A DNA stretch of 64,000 bases from Lama glama (GCA_028534125.1 CM052818.1:18726001-18790000), one strand, 5' to 3'; counted from the first letter of the stretch, positions 27,800 to 41,164 are shown. Numbers and translations: made by a program. The notes: generated by a model from the letters alone, not told the origin.

Positions 27800-28125
27800 G
27801 TTATTCAAAGCGTGGTCTGCGGATGGCTGCAACAGCATCACCTGGGAGTAGAATCTCAGGCCCCAGCCCAGACCTACTGAACCAGAATCTGCAGTTTAAC
27901 AAGGTCCTCAGGTGAGCCACATAGACATTTACATTAGGGGCTAAGTTAGCATAGTTCAACAGGGTAGCCAGTAGCCACATGTGCCTATTTAAGCTTAAAT
28001 TACTTAAATAAAAATTAAAATTCAGTTCCTCAGTTGAGCTGACCACATCTTAAGTGCTGAACAGCCCAACTGGACAGCAAAGATGCAGAACATTTTCTTT
28101 CTTATGGAAAGGTCCACCAGACACC
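27800..28125. mobile_element. MER5A-like and MER3-like hAT MITE fragments
   Basis: cccagacctactgaaccagaatctgcagtttaacaag; gtagccagtagccacatgtgcctattt. Confidence 0.75.
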
Positions 28126-28505
28126 ACGGAACACAAGGCTGTTTTTCAATCCACCTTTAGTAGTCAACCATACAAATTAGGCTAGAAAAAAGCTGATACT
28201 CAATTTTAATCCAATCCAATCTTACAGGAGGAAGTGATTAATCAGGCTCAGCCAAGCTCTGCTATCTGGAAAGCAAACACACAGAACCAAAACCGACCCT
28301 TTCCCAAAATAAGTAACTTGGAGAGTGTAAGTTTAAACAGTTTCCAAAGGTGATCTCCTTCATAACTAAAAGAAGCATCAATTGCAAACTATTAGAGAAA
28401 TAATAGGTGTTTAGCTTTCCTGTTGGTTTTTAGTGCCTTGAAGAGAGCTTCAAAAAGATTATCTTCATCCAAGCCAAAGCTACCATACTGATACCATTTC
28501 TTGAG

Positions 28506-28689
28506 CAATGGTTCTCAAACTCTAGTGTGCCATCCAAATCACTGGAGAGGTTTGTTACAACACAGATTGCTGGGCCTGACCACCAGTTTCAGATTCAGTA
28601 AGTCCAGATCAGACCCAAGAATTTGTATTTCTTACCCATTTCCAGATGCTGATGATGCTGATCTAGGGGCTACACTTTGAGAACCACTG
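28506..28689. mobile_element. MER5A hAT MITE, complete
   Basis: Terminal inverted repeats CAATGGTTCTCAAA / TTTGAGAACCACTG (13/14 match). Confidence 0.88.
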
Positions 28690-31600
28690 ACCCAGAGTGA
28701 CACAAACACTGGAAAGACATTTAGAACTTGAAACTTGCGTACACACAGTGCATGGTGCCAGGTAAGAGCACAGGGGCCTGTGCAGAGAAAGCAGGCTGAA
28801 ATCAAATGAGTCAGGACTGCGTGCTCTCAGCCCCTCTTCTCTATAATGAGATATACCAGAGCATCAGAAGCAGAGCAGGCCGTGGAAGAAACACCAAGAA
28901 ATGATCTTTGATTCTTAATCTACAGTGTCATAAAAATGAGGCCTTACTTAGCTTTCCTTCACATCTCAAAGAGGCAGCCTCCATCTACTACCCATTAACT
29001 TCATAATTCTCTGAAAACCAGCCTCCACAACCTTTCCTCTCCCCCAAACTCGGTCAAACCAGAAATTTTAAAAGCCTCCAATGATCTCCTAATTGCCCAA
29101 ACCATTAGAGTCTTAATCTCCAGTTACTGACCTTTCCAAAATACTTTACGTTTTAGCAACCTGTCTTCCTAGAAATTCTCATCTGCTTTGGCCTCTTTGG
29201 TTCATCTTTTATCTCACTAAACTCTCAGTCTCTTTAATGGGAGCTCCTCAGACTGTTTTGTTTTGTTTTCTTCTCAGGGGAAAAGAAAATTATGACAAGT
29301 TATTAAGGAAGAAATGGGCTCCTTCCCGGAACACAGGCTGAAATCTGCATTACATAAGAATGAGAAGATTCCACAAATGTCCCTTACTTAGGGATCATGC
29401 TTGCTGCTCTCTTAATATGTAGGCCTCCTGCTACAGATTAAAAGGAGATCTTCTTTCCTTCCATTCTAAACAAGGAAAAAGAAAGATGTAACTGGATCTC
29501 AACCTCAGCTCACAATTTCTGCACCAAGGAAGCTAACAAAACAGTAGAATACCCCTTCCCTGGGCACAAGGTAGCAGAGATTTTACCTAGAAATTGCTTG
29601 GCACTGGAATTGACAGGGAATGAAAAGCACATGAAATCTTTTGACCAATCCCTATTCTTGTGCTCTGAAATTTCCATTGCATTGCAAGCAAAAGGATGAA
29701 AAATGGTCTGGCCGAAGAGGGGAGACAACCTCAAGTCTGGCAGACCTCCTACAGTCTCCTTAGCATCCCCTTCTATTGTCATATCCTTTCCACAAAGAAT
29801 CTACCGAAAGTGATTAACTCTCAAAGTTCAACTATCATCTTTACGGGAATTATTCTAAAAGCTCTGGCCATTGTACTGACTTTTAGCCAGTCCATCTCCA
29901 CTGGAAATTTTCAGCAATTACCCCAATATCATCTCAAGCTACTATGAGAAAAAGATAGCTTTAATGTGCCTTCCAACCATAACCGCTATGATTGAATCTA
30001 ACCTTTAATATACCCCTTTGCTCCAAACTGGCTCACCTGCCCACCCTCCTGTCAGTGGGCAGTCGTGTTCCCTCAGAGCAGTCCATGCGTCAGCACTGTG
30101 TCTTCCCTCACTTACCATGTCCTGCAGAATGAATGAGACACAAGGATGGGTGCCTTGACACCTTTATATCCTTTCTAAGTTTGCTGATAAAGCAGGCACT
30201 AGAAAAAGAGATAAACTAAACTGTATTTTTTAACCATAATTCCCAAATCTAAGCCCTCCTCTCCATCTCAACCATCACTAAATTTACTTAATCCTAAATT
30301 ACTCTTCCCAAACTTATTCTAAGAGCCTACAGTCTGGTCTTCTTTTCACCAGTCTTTCCCTATTTCAGTCCATCCTCCACCAAGCTACCAGTTTCCTTCC
30401 TAAAAGCAATGTCAGTTTCCTGTTTGACAATACTTAACGTCTCTCCATTACTCAAGGGTAAAGTTCAAAGTTCTTATTTGACATCCACAACCCCTCATGA
30501 TCAGGTCCAAATGATCTCTCCAACCATTATTTCACCACTCTTGCCGTGTATCTGAATGAGCCTTCATGTCAGCAAACAGAGACAGTGCCCTTTGCTTGGA
30601 CTACTACCATCCACCCCTTCCTACCTCGTCCCTACTGCCCAATCTGAGTAACTTCTACCCTTACCCACCATTTCTTCTGTGCTCCCACTGAACTAACACT
30701 TGTCTCCATCCTGTATCCTAATTATGTTCAATGTCTGAACATTCTGTTAAAGGATTCTCCTTAAGGTGGAACTCTGCCTCACTCAACAGAGCCTGTCAGA
30801 CTGTTCACAGGGGGCACACAGTAAATGTATCCTGAACAAAAGACCTTACATATCCAAAAGAATACAAATCTTTCAAAGTTTTTATTACTTTTGGGAGGCT
30901 ATACAATTATTTCAGCAATGAACTCACTGCTCAAAGTATTTATGGCACTCTCTTCTGCCTTTGGAATTGTCTTCCAAGCTTATTTACTCTCCGGAGAAGA
31001 GAATCAGTCCCCTTACTTTATACTTCTGAAACATTTCAGCAAAAAACAGTAGAGCCAAGTTTCAGGTATTGCCATCCTCCACCCACTGCACTTTATCACA
31101 TGGACTTGTTCTAAACAACTTCTGGTCCTTTCAAACAAAGAAATATTCCTTCAAAGGAAAAAAAAATTGCCATCACTGACACTATGCCACAGGCTCTTAA
31201 GACAAATTCAGATGGAAATGCAAGAAGTTTCGCCAATAGTAGCACAGCTGGAATAAGTGTAGCATCTCAAAAGGCTCCCATTTGATGGTGAAAAGACTTA
31301 AGGGTGTATGCTTGCAGAAAGGTTTTATTTGTCAAAGAATATTTCATTTCACCAAGCTGAATATTTCTTAAATGAAGTACAAAACTGTGTCTCGGTTTCT
31401 TCAAACTGTAAAAAGGGGTCTGTTTTCCCTTTGCTCTCATGAATGCCAAGATCATCGAACACTAAGTTAAATGACTGTTCAATTTCCAAAGATGTAAGAT
31501 TCTGCTTTTGTAACTTAACTAGAATATTCTTGAGGCAGAACCACCCTACCTAGAAAAGCAGCACCACCCTTTTCCAAGGAAAGGGTTCCATCATTTAAAA

Positions 31601-32029
31601 GACTAATACCATAAATACCACAAAGGGACAGGTCCCATTTTTGCTTAATTCAGCATGTATTGAGCACCTGATAGGTGCTTTGCCTCACTCCAGGTGATTC
31701 AAGAAAATGAGAGCGAAAAGGACACAGCCCTAGCACTTAAGCTTTCAAAACCATTTTCAGACATCTTGCCAAAGCACTGAATACATTCGTCAACAAACAT
31801 CTCTGGTGAAGCAGTTTTACATGCATGAATCTATTACCCTGACTAGGGGCAGATAAATCCCTTTATCCTCGTATCATCCCTGTGGGAAGGGAGAAAGCTT
31901 TATCTTTCCTATCACTGGGCTGGGAAAATTGAGGAAGCAGCAGTGGAGGGATGGTGCTCACCTTTCCCTCCCCCTCCCGACTAGCACCAGAGGCAGAAGC
32001 CAGGATTTCTGACATCCCAGTCCAAGCCC

Positions 32030-32960
32030 GCTAGTTCAGTGAGAAGGAAAAATCAAACTCCTGCTCCTTCCCGCAGAGACGCACACGAACCCAGTTACCG
32101 CCCAGCCCCATCTCCTGGGAGCTGCAGGTGGAAGCACGGTAATGGTGGACAGAGGAGGCGGAGGGGTGAGGAGGGGCGCGCTCTAGTGCCCCCTGCGCCC
32201 GCCTACTTCGTCCTGACAAGTCGCTGCTAAGGCAACCCAAGGCCGCAGGGCCAGGGACCCCGTACTCCCCGCCCACGACGGGTACCTTCGAGTACTCCTG
32301 AGCCAGCTTCTGGTACTTCCCCTGCAACTCTGCCGAGGCCATGGCCTCCCCCGCCCCGTCCAGGCCAGGCTGCCCAGGCCGCTCAACCCCGCCTCCCGCC
32401 CCCAACCCCAGACACGCTGCCGGGTTCAGCTCCGCCAGCGCCTGCCAGCTCTGCCACCGCCGCCGCGCCTCCTCCTCCACTTCCGGGTTCGCCCGGTGAG
32501 AGGAAGGCGGAGTGGGGCCGGGGGCGGAGCGGCCACCGGGGGCGGGGCTACGTCTTGACGCCACCGCCCCACCCTCCCGCGCCCGAGCATGTGCGCGCGC
32601 AGTCTGGCTGGCGCTCCTGGACTCGGCCTGTGGGACCAGGGGGCGCCATCTTGACGCATGGCCCAAGATGGCGACCTAGAACAGAGAAGGAGAGAATCGA
32701 AAGAGGAAGAGAATGATGAGAGCCCACAGAATGGGAGGGGGACTGAGGAGAGGGGCGGTGGTTGTGAAGAGCCTAGGACCGGAAGAAGAAACATTCTAAG
32801 CGCATCAAGAATTCTGGCCGGACCGCATCACACACACCCGCGGCTGGTTCCCATGGCAACCGTCTGGCGTTTGATGGTTACGGAAAGAAAGACCTCTGTT
32901 TTCGGCTCTCTTGTTAACCGGATTTGGTAGCGCCGGACATGCCTTGCATTGTAAACTCTC
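32030..32960. promoter_or_regulatory. CpG-island promoter and 5' UTR of PPP1R21
   Basis: High GC and CpG density; ETS-type CCGGAAGT (minus, about 32479-32486); GC boxes 32521-32548; NRF1-like GCATGTGCGC 32587-32596; CTCF-like GACCAGGGGGCGC; two YY1 motifs 32644-32673; X-box 32847-32860; no TATA box seen. Confidence 0.92.
32286..32342 (-). CDS. PPP1R21: PPP1R21 coding exon 1 (MASAELQGKYQKLAQEYSK)
   Basis: ATG at 32342 in strong Kozak context (GAGGCCATGG); peptide matches the recalled PPP1R21 N-terminus; donor AAG|GTACCC; inside a CpG island. Confidence 0.97.
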
Positions 32961-33344
32961 AGACCTCCCCCAAATTTATAACTCTCGCTGCTGCCACTCT
33001 CCCCTGTTCCAGACCAGACAAACCTTCATTGTCTTACATTTTGACATTGAAATTTCTTTGTGTCCATTTTTTACCCACTTCATCCGCCCACCCCTGCCCC
33101 CATATGCATACTACATCAAAGCCTTTTTCAGTGGATTGGGTAAAAAGCCCTTAGGAAATTTAATGGAATGACCCCTAGCACGCAGATGGGGTAGACGTTA
33201 ACTACAAATAACTAGAGAAAGTAAACAAAAAATAACCTGCCTTAAATATTTTATGCTGCTTTTGCTCGAATTAAAAGCTTACCTCTACTCATTCATTAAA
33301 TTTTTTGAGGACATATTATATGTTAGGTATTGTACTAGGCATAT

Positions 33345-35500
33345 ATTGCAACATGGAGATGTTCATAGAGGAATGAATAACTAAATTTAGAGTATTTGCC
33401 ATAAATTGCTACACGGTAGTTTAAAACTATTAAAACTAATAACCTAGATCTGTTTGTATCAACCTGACAAAACACAACGTTAGGTGTAAAAAGCAAGTTG
33501 CAATATACAGCATGAAAAGATACATTTTAAAAATACGAAGCAACATTTGTACTGCTCATGGACACATGAACGTGTACTAAAAATAGAGAAACAAGAACTG
33601 GAAGGATACACGGTGAATGCTGGATGGTAATTGCCTCTAGTGAGAAAAAGAAGAAAGGGGAATGAAAAATAAGAACAAAGGAGCAGAAATGTTACTTTTA
33701 TTTAATTTTTTAAAGTAAATATGACAGGATGTTACAATTTATTATCCAGGTAGTACGTACAGGGATGTTAGTTATAATGGCATTTTAGAATGCTTGACAT
33801 TTTCCATGATTAAAACAACTGCTATTCCGGTTTCTTGTTGGTCTATGACTAAGCCTGGGATTTCAGAGTGAAAGGTTGAGGCTGTATGTACTTTTCAGCT
33901 ATTGTAATGTGTAAGAGAATTATAAACTTTTTTAATTTGCTATAGCCAAGTCCTACTGTACAGCAAACTTTTTTTTAATTATTAGTTTTCCATGGCACCA
34001 CCAAGCGGCAGAATTAAATATTGTAAGTGTATTCCTGTGGTTTGTAACATAATGGAATTTTCAACTATTTAAAAATAAAATTTCAGAAATAACATTCCAG
34101 AGAAAGAATGTGCAACTTTGGCTAGAGACCCTGTGTAAGTTTATTTGATTGAACTGAGAAATTTATATTTCCACTGCTTAATCTAGTTGTTCTGTCAGAT
34201 TCATTGTTCCCAAAACCCAGTTGATAAATATGAGTACATTAAAGTTAAGACTCTCTTCCTCAAAAGACACCGTTAAGTGAGTGAAAAGGCAAGATGCAGC
34301 AGAGTAGAAGATGTTTGCAAGATATGTATATCCAACAGAGGTCTCTTACCCAAATATGTAAGGAGCTCTTACAAATCAATAAGGAAAAAGACTAGCAACC
34401 AGACAGAAAAATGGGCAAGACACTTCAGCAGGCACTTCACAAAAGAAAGATACATAAACAGCCATTAACCGTACAAAAGAGTGTTCAGTTTCATTAGTGA
34501 TCAGGAGGAAGTGAAATTAAAACCACAGTGAGCTACCATGCACACCCACACACAAATGGTTAACATTTAAAAGACTGACAAGTATTACAATGTAAAACAA
34601 GAGAACGTGCCATAAAATGTTGGTAGGACTATAAACTGGAATAGTCATTTAGGAAGAGAGTTTGGTATTATCTACTCACCTACAAATTATATATATTCAT
34701 GGTCTAGCAATTCTACTCTTATGTATACACTGAAAAAAATGTGTGCATGTATTCATAGCAGTATCATTCATAATAGCTAAGTAAGTCTATCAAAGGATTG
34801 ATAAAAAATGATTATACATTCATGTTGTGGAATACTAAACAGCAATGAAAAAGCTGAACAACTACAGTTAACTACTGGGTAAATCTCAAAAAATAATCCA
34901 GAATGAAAGAAGCCAGATCCCTCCAAAAAAATGTATTGCATGACTCTTCATTTGTATAACATTCAAAAATGTCAGAAGTCAGTTAGAAAATCTTAACTAT
35001 TCTAACAGTTCTGTTTATACATTTAAATTCATATATCTAATGTTTGTTTTATCAATTACAATCTGAATATCTAAGCAGCAGGTTGACTTTTGCAATAAAG
35101 ATGCAATATGGAATGGTTCACAGTTGGAAAAAGAAGAAAAGATAAAAGTACTGTGAATTTAAAAGAATTTGGAAAATTTATGAACCATTCCAAAAATGAT
35201 AACAATCAGCAACCAAAAAAAGACAATTCAACTACAAGGTTCAGGTATGCAGGCTTGAGTAATAAAACTAGAAAGAAAATTAAAGAAGTGCTAACCACAA
35301 AAGTCAGGAGCTTTATTATTTTGGTGAGGAAGAGGGTGATAACTATTGAGGAGGGGCATGAGATGGGCTTCGGGGATTGTTGGCAATGTTGTCTTTCTGT
35401 GTACTGGCTACACAGGTGTTAACTTTCTGATAATTTCTCAGGAGGTACATTTTTGTTTTGTGCATTTTTTTGTATGGGTGTTACATTTCACAATAACAAA
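33345..35500 (+). mobile_element. Old L1 (L1M-type) fragments
   Basis: gaaaaatgggcaagacacttcagcaggcacttcacaaaag; ctagcaattctactctta; 3'-UTR-like tracts, interrupted by other sequence. Confidence 0.75.
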
Positions 35501-37779
35501 ATTTTTAAAAAATCTCTGGTATCTCATATGCTTGGCAGCAATAGTCTTCCAGCAGGTCTACCTCTACTTCTGCTGGGGAGCAAACACAGCAGCCCACAAG
35601 TCCTGAGCCTCCCATCTCACAACTGTGCCTCCAGAGAGGACCTAGGTTGCTTAGTTCTCAGTTTGAAATATCCCCAGGAAGGTCTCTTCTGGCCCAGCTT
35701 GGGCAAGGTGCCTATCACTTGGTTAGTCAGCTCTGGCAAGAGGGCCTCAGTCACAAAGGACAGGCTGGTCAGCTGGGACAACCCCTATGCCCTGACCAAG
35801 CCAAGAGAGAAGAGATTATTCTCTCCCCTAATGAAGACTTCTGTGGCAGATGTCACCAAGGTAAATAAGGGACACATCACCACAAAGTCCAGTGAGGGCC
35901 AGAAAGCAGCACCAGGACCTACCTGATACAGATCAAAGCCCCCTGCCCTGCCCTCAAGGGCACAGTGTACTGATCACACTCCCAGAAGCTATCTTGGGAG
36001 GTGAGAGGAAAAGGACAAAACTCAGAACAAATGAACATTTTCTAAAAGGAGAAACTGTTGTAAACCAAAAGAACACTATTTTGACTGAGAAGATTGGGAA
36101 ATTATTAACTAATGAATTAGGATTTTCTCTTCCAATTCAGTGGAGACTGTGATGAAGACTAGATTGGACACAAAGAAATGGAAGGCTCCATTTTTTTCTG
36201 AGCATCTAAGCACACTATGAAATGACTAGGATCACATAAGAAGAACAAGAAAACATTTTGTATTTTTAATACTTCGTCTTGAACATGAAAGATTGGGCAT
36301 AAAACAGAACTTGGGGACTTTACATTAATGAGTCAACACTATGTATTAAATAAGGTCTCTTTAAACAGAAACACACCTAAAATAAGGATATCTTTTGATC
36401 AGTTGACGAAAATGTGACCAGAGGCTCTCAGGACCTAATCTTATATTTTCCCCAGGACCAATGCTATTCTCTAATTCAGGGTATGTGGTGATTTTACAGA
36501 ATATAACTACTGCAAATAATGGGAATCGATTGTTTAAGATTGAGAACAGTGTGGAACTTCCTTAGGTAGTTCAGACCAATGACCAGGTATGACACTGGGT
36601 TACTCAGATGTTGTTGTGAGTCTGAGTGAACGTTATTTCCTGGTGCAGTAGAGTCACATGTTTTCTATCTTTGCATGGATCTGAAAAGCAAGAACTTCTT
36701 TCAAGCTTCAAAGCTCTGTCCTTTGAAATCATGCATTCTAGTCGATAATAACTTGCCATGTGCAGCAGTTAACTACAGTGACATTGCGAGGCCAGCTAGC
36801 TCCACCCATACAGCCATTAAAATAACTAAGTAAAGATTTTGTTTGTCCTGGTTTCACAATCCCCATGGCTGGTCACCACACTTGGGTGGACATAAGGAAA
36901 AGATTAAAGAAGGAAATTTATGGGCCTTTTATTATGACATATTGTCCTTGTTGTTATTTACATTTTTAATCCAGTAGGGGAATGTATATCACTGTACCAT
37001 GAAATTAAAAGAAGGTGGGAAGGAGAAAGAAAAGAACTTTCCCTCCACATGCATGAATTTTTTCTTGAGCAGTTAGCTCCAAAGCTTACATTTTGTGATG
37101 AGTACTCAGTGAGACAAAATCTGAAGATTTGCAACTTTGAGGATCTCTACTAAAAATAGGAATTCTGAACTTGAAGTTTTGCAAATTCTTTCTCTGGCCA
37201 TGCCCTAATGCTTTACCTATTTCAGTCACAGAAAGACAGAATGGCAGAATAAGCACAGAACCCTGGCATATCTTGCCCAAGGTCACTTGAAAGACATTGG
37301 CAGAAGCCAAACTAGAACCCAGGTCCTTCCCCTCCACTGCAAGTCTGTATTTCCTCTGCCAGGTGAAGTGCCCACTTGTGGGAGACCCTTTACTATGTAG
37401 CTTACACAGTCAGAAGGTGAATGCATCCCAGATTAGGGGTGAGGATGCCAAAGGGTGCGTTATACTCCGAGGTATTTGTTTGGACTTGTACCTTCATGAA
37501 ATAGATACCTTTTGAGCTGTTTAAAGGGAAGAGGGTGGGACTGCTCTGAATATCCAGGGGTCTCTCACATAACCCAAGGGCAAGATCCAGAAGGCAGGTG
37601 GGAAGCAGAAACATTTTACTGCTCATGCCTCATTTCTCACCCCTATTCCCCTCTGTGTTTTCAGTTCATAATTGTTTTTTTCTTTTCTCCTAATACTGGT
37701 TTTCTCTGCTGCCCAGTTTTATGGAAGAAAATGATGATGTACAATATCCAGATTTGTACACATTAACCTATTAGACATT

Positions 37780-38300
37780 TGAAGTTTGTAATTTTTTATC
37801 ACGGACAGTTTGAAAAACGTACAAAAGTAGAGAGAATAATATAATGAACCTCATGTACCCATCATCCAGCTTCAGTAGGGGACAACTCCCTATCACTGCA
37901 CCCCACTTAATTAATTTGAAACAAATCCCATATATCATATTATTTTATGCTTAAACACTTCAGTACATACCTCTAAAAGAAAGGGCTTTCTTCACATTAT
38001 TTTTAACTAAGGTGCATAATTTATTCACATTCCATTTGTTTTTACTTACTGTCCTTTTTGTTCCTCTTTGGCTATAACAGTTTCTTAGACTTTCCTTGCT
38101 TTTATGATCCGGACAGCTTTGAGGAGTACCGGTCAGGTGTTTTATAGGGTGTGCCACAACTGGGACTTGTCTAACATTTTGTTATGACTATGCTGGGGTT
38201 AGGTTTTTTGGAAGAAGACCACAGAGGTAAAGTGCCATTCTTAACATATCATATCAAGGGCACATACTAGCAACATGTTTATCTTGACCATCTTGATAAA
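37780..38300 (-). mobile_element. Old L1 3' fragments
   Basis: acaaaagtagagagaataatataatgaacc; accacagaggtaaagtgccattct. Confidence 0.7.
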
Positions 38301-38475
38301 CTATTAGATGTTAATCTTGATAATCTATTAGATTTTGCTATTAAAGAGCATTTTCTTAAGCATGGAGACTTCACTTTCCCTTTCTTTCTGCCCTAAAATT
38401 CCGATTTTGCCCTTTCTGTTAGAAGGGCTCTAGGTCCCCTGTTTGTGCAGAGCTAACTGCAGACCTAATATCCGA

Positions 38476-38945
38476 TGTTAGACAGAAAAATGGCCTCCCA
38501 AGCATATCCACGTTCCAGTCTCTGGCACCTATGTATATGCTTGGTTACATGACAAAGGGGAATTAAGGTTGCACATGGAATCAAGGTTGCTCATCAGCTT
38601 TCCAAAGAGAGAAGCAGAGAGATGGCAGCATGAAAGGAAATTGGCCCAACATTGCTGGCTTTGAAGGTGGAGAAAGGAGGCCAGAAGCCAAGGAACGCAG
38701 GTGACGTCTAGAAGCAGGTGACGTCTAGAAGCAGGTGACGCCTTGAAGCAGGTGAAGGCGAGAACACAGATTCTCCCCTAGAGCCTCCAAAAGGAACGGA
38801 GCCCTGCCAAGAGACTGCTAAAATCTTAGCTCGGTGAGACCACTTTCTGACTTCTGACCTCCAAAACTATGAGATAACAAATTTGTGTCATTTTAAACCA
38901 CTAAGTTTGGAGTAATTTGCTATATCAGTAAGAGGAAACTAAATA
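38476..38945. mobile_element. MaLR LTR (MLT1-type)
   Basis: gattctcccctagagcctcca; gacttctgacctccaaaactatgagataacaaatttgtgtcattttaaaccactaagtttg. Confidence 0.85.
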
Positions 38946-39734
38946 GCCCCGGAGTTGACATAACTCATAATGCTACTACCCAGCTCCTCTCTTCTACTGT
39001 GTCCTGAGGTCACTGGCCATCCCAGGCTCATAGTCATCCCAGCCACATCATTCCAAGTCACCAACCACATATTTTACATTTCCATGGCAACACTGCAAAA
39101 CTGCAGTGGGTAAATCAGTGGTGTGCTGGTGCAGGCTCATAGTGGCTTGAAAGAGACAACTGCTAAATTTTCAGGAGTTGTTCAAGTTCGTTATTAAACA
39201 GAGCCATCATTAAAAGTTAAATCACAAAGCCAGTTAAACATTTGCCACCTCTGTAGAGGACACGTGAAACCTGACTTTGAAGTTCTACATACAACTTCAG
39301 GGTACTCTTTGTATGTCCCACAGCAAAGGCCATAAACATCTTTGTGAGGCAAGACCCAGGAACTACTGAGGCAAAATTCATCTGCTAGGCCCTGAGGTCT
39401 CACAGACTCGGGGTCTAATTCATCTTCATTTCCCTAATGCACTGAGTGCTCAGTAAATGACAACCAAATCAAAAAATTAATCCATGGTTTTGTCAAGGTA
39501 AAAAGTGACACCTTACTTGAATAAGGCCCTTTGGATCACACAATGACTAGCACTCTTATTTTTTCTGTACTTAATGAGTTTTCATAAAAATGATTTCATT
39601 ACTAGCTAATTAATTTAAACCAGTACTAAATGTTTCATAAATGTTAGTAGCTGTTATCATTACAAGTATTACTATTTAGCCCACAATCTATCCAAGTCCA
39701 TTGGCATATTAATGTTCTATATTAGGTATCTTTT

Positions 39735-40175
39735 TCTTTTTTATTTTATTTTATTTTTTATTGAAGTGTAGTTGATTTACAATGTCAGTTTCAGGTGTAC
39801 AGCAAAGTGATTCAGTTATACATGTATGTACATATATACATATTTTTCAGATTCTTTTTTGTTACAGCTTATTATAAGAAATTGAATATAGTTCCCTGTA
39901 CTACACAATAGGTTCTTGTTGTTTATCTATTTTATATATAGTCATATGTATCTGTTACTTCCAAACTCCTAATTTATCCCTCCCTTGCCTTTCCCCTTTG
40001 GTAACCATAGTTTGTTTTCTATGTCTCTGAGTCTATTTCTGGTTTGTAAAAAAAAAATTGTATTTTTTTTTCAGATTCCACGTGTATGTAAGTGGTATTA
40101 TATGCTATTTGTCTTTCTCTGTCTGACTTACCTCGCTGAATATGATAATCTCTAGGTCCATCCACGTTGCTGCAA
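39735..40175 (-). mobile_element. 5'-truncated L1 3' end
   Basis: T-rich tail at left; TSD attaggtatctttt (39721-39734) / attaagtatctttt (40176-40189). Confidence 0.92.
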
Positions 40176-40289
40176 ATTAAGTATCTTTTCCTTAAAGCCA
40201 GGTGAGGGAATTCATATATTTACATTTTGAATAATAATTGATTGTGATAGCTTTTCTTGTCTTAGCCTTTTAAAGTTTGTAACCATCAG

Positions 40290-41140
40290 TGCTGGGAAAG
40301 TTAGACAGCTACATGTAAAACAATGAAACTAGAACATTCCTTCACACATTAAAAAAAACCAAAACCTCAAAATGGTTTAAAGACCCAAGTGTAAGACATG
40401 ACCCCATAAAGCTTCTAGAAGAGAACATAAGCAAAACACTCTTTGACATAAATCATAGGAGTGCTTTCTCAGATCAGTCTCCCAAGGCAAAACAAATTTT
40501 AAAAAGCAAACAAATGGAGACTGATTAAACTTAAAAGCTTTTTCACAGCAAAGGAAGCCATCAACAAAATGAAAAGATAACCTACTGACTAGGAGAAAAT
40601 ATTTGCAAATGATGAGACTGACAGGGGGTTAATATCCAAAATATACAACTCAATTAAAATAAATAAATAAATAAACAATCTAGTCAAAAAATGGGCAGAA
40701 GACTTGAATAGACATTTTTCCAAAGAAGGCATACAGATTGCCAACAGGCACATGAAAAGATGCTCAACATGGCTAATTATTAGAGAAATGCAAATCAAAA
40801 CCACAGTGGGGTATCACCTCACATCTGTCAGAATGGCTATCACCAAAAAAGACCACAGGTAGCAAATGCTGGAGAGGATGTGGAGAAAGGGAAAATTCGT
40901 ACACTGTTGATGAGGATGTAAATTAGTGCAGCCACTATGGAAAACAGTATGGAGGTTCCTCTGAAAACTAAAAACAGAACTATCAGGGGAGTGGGTATTG
41001 CTCAGTAGTAGAGTGCATGCTTAACATGCATGAGGTCCTGAGTTCAATCCCCAGTACCTTCATTAAAAGAAAAATGAAAGGAACTATCATGTGATTCAGC
41101 AATTCCACTCCTGGGTACACATGCGGAAAAAACAAAACAC
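40290..41140 (+). mobile_element. L1 ORF2 3' fragment
   Basis: aaaatgggcagaagacttgaatagacatttttcc; agagaaatgcaaatcaaaacc. Confidence 0.9.
40986..41080 (+). mobile_element. tRNA-derived SINE (Vic-1-like) nested in L1
   Basis: A-box-like TTGCTCAGTAG, B-box GAGTTCAATCC, A-rich tail; 9-bp TSD gaactatca at 40977-40985 and 41081-41089. Confidence 0.88.
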
Positions 41141-41164
41141 CTGAAAGACTTATTTAAATTTAAA

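Noticed and set aside
32031..32666. 211-aa ORF suggesting an N-terminally extended PPP1R21
   Set aside because: Starts at TTG rather than ATG, is stop-poor because of high GC, and runs through the exon 1 donor; only 32286-32342 is supported as coding
38290..38333. Small local duplications (also about 8606-8629 and 11607-11630)
   Set aside because: Ordinary slippage duplications with no further structure
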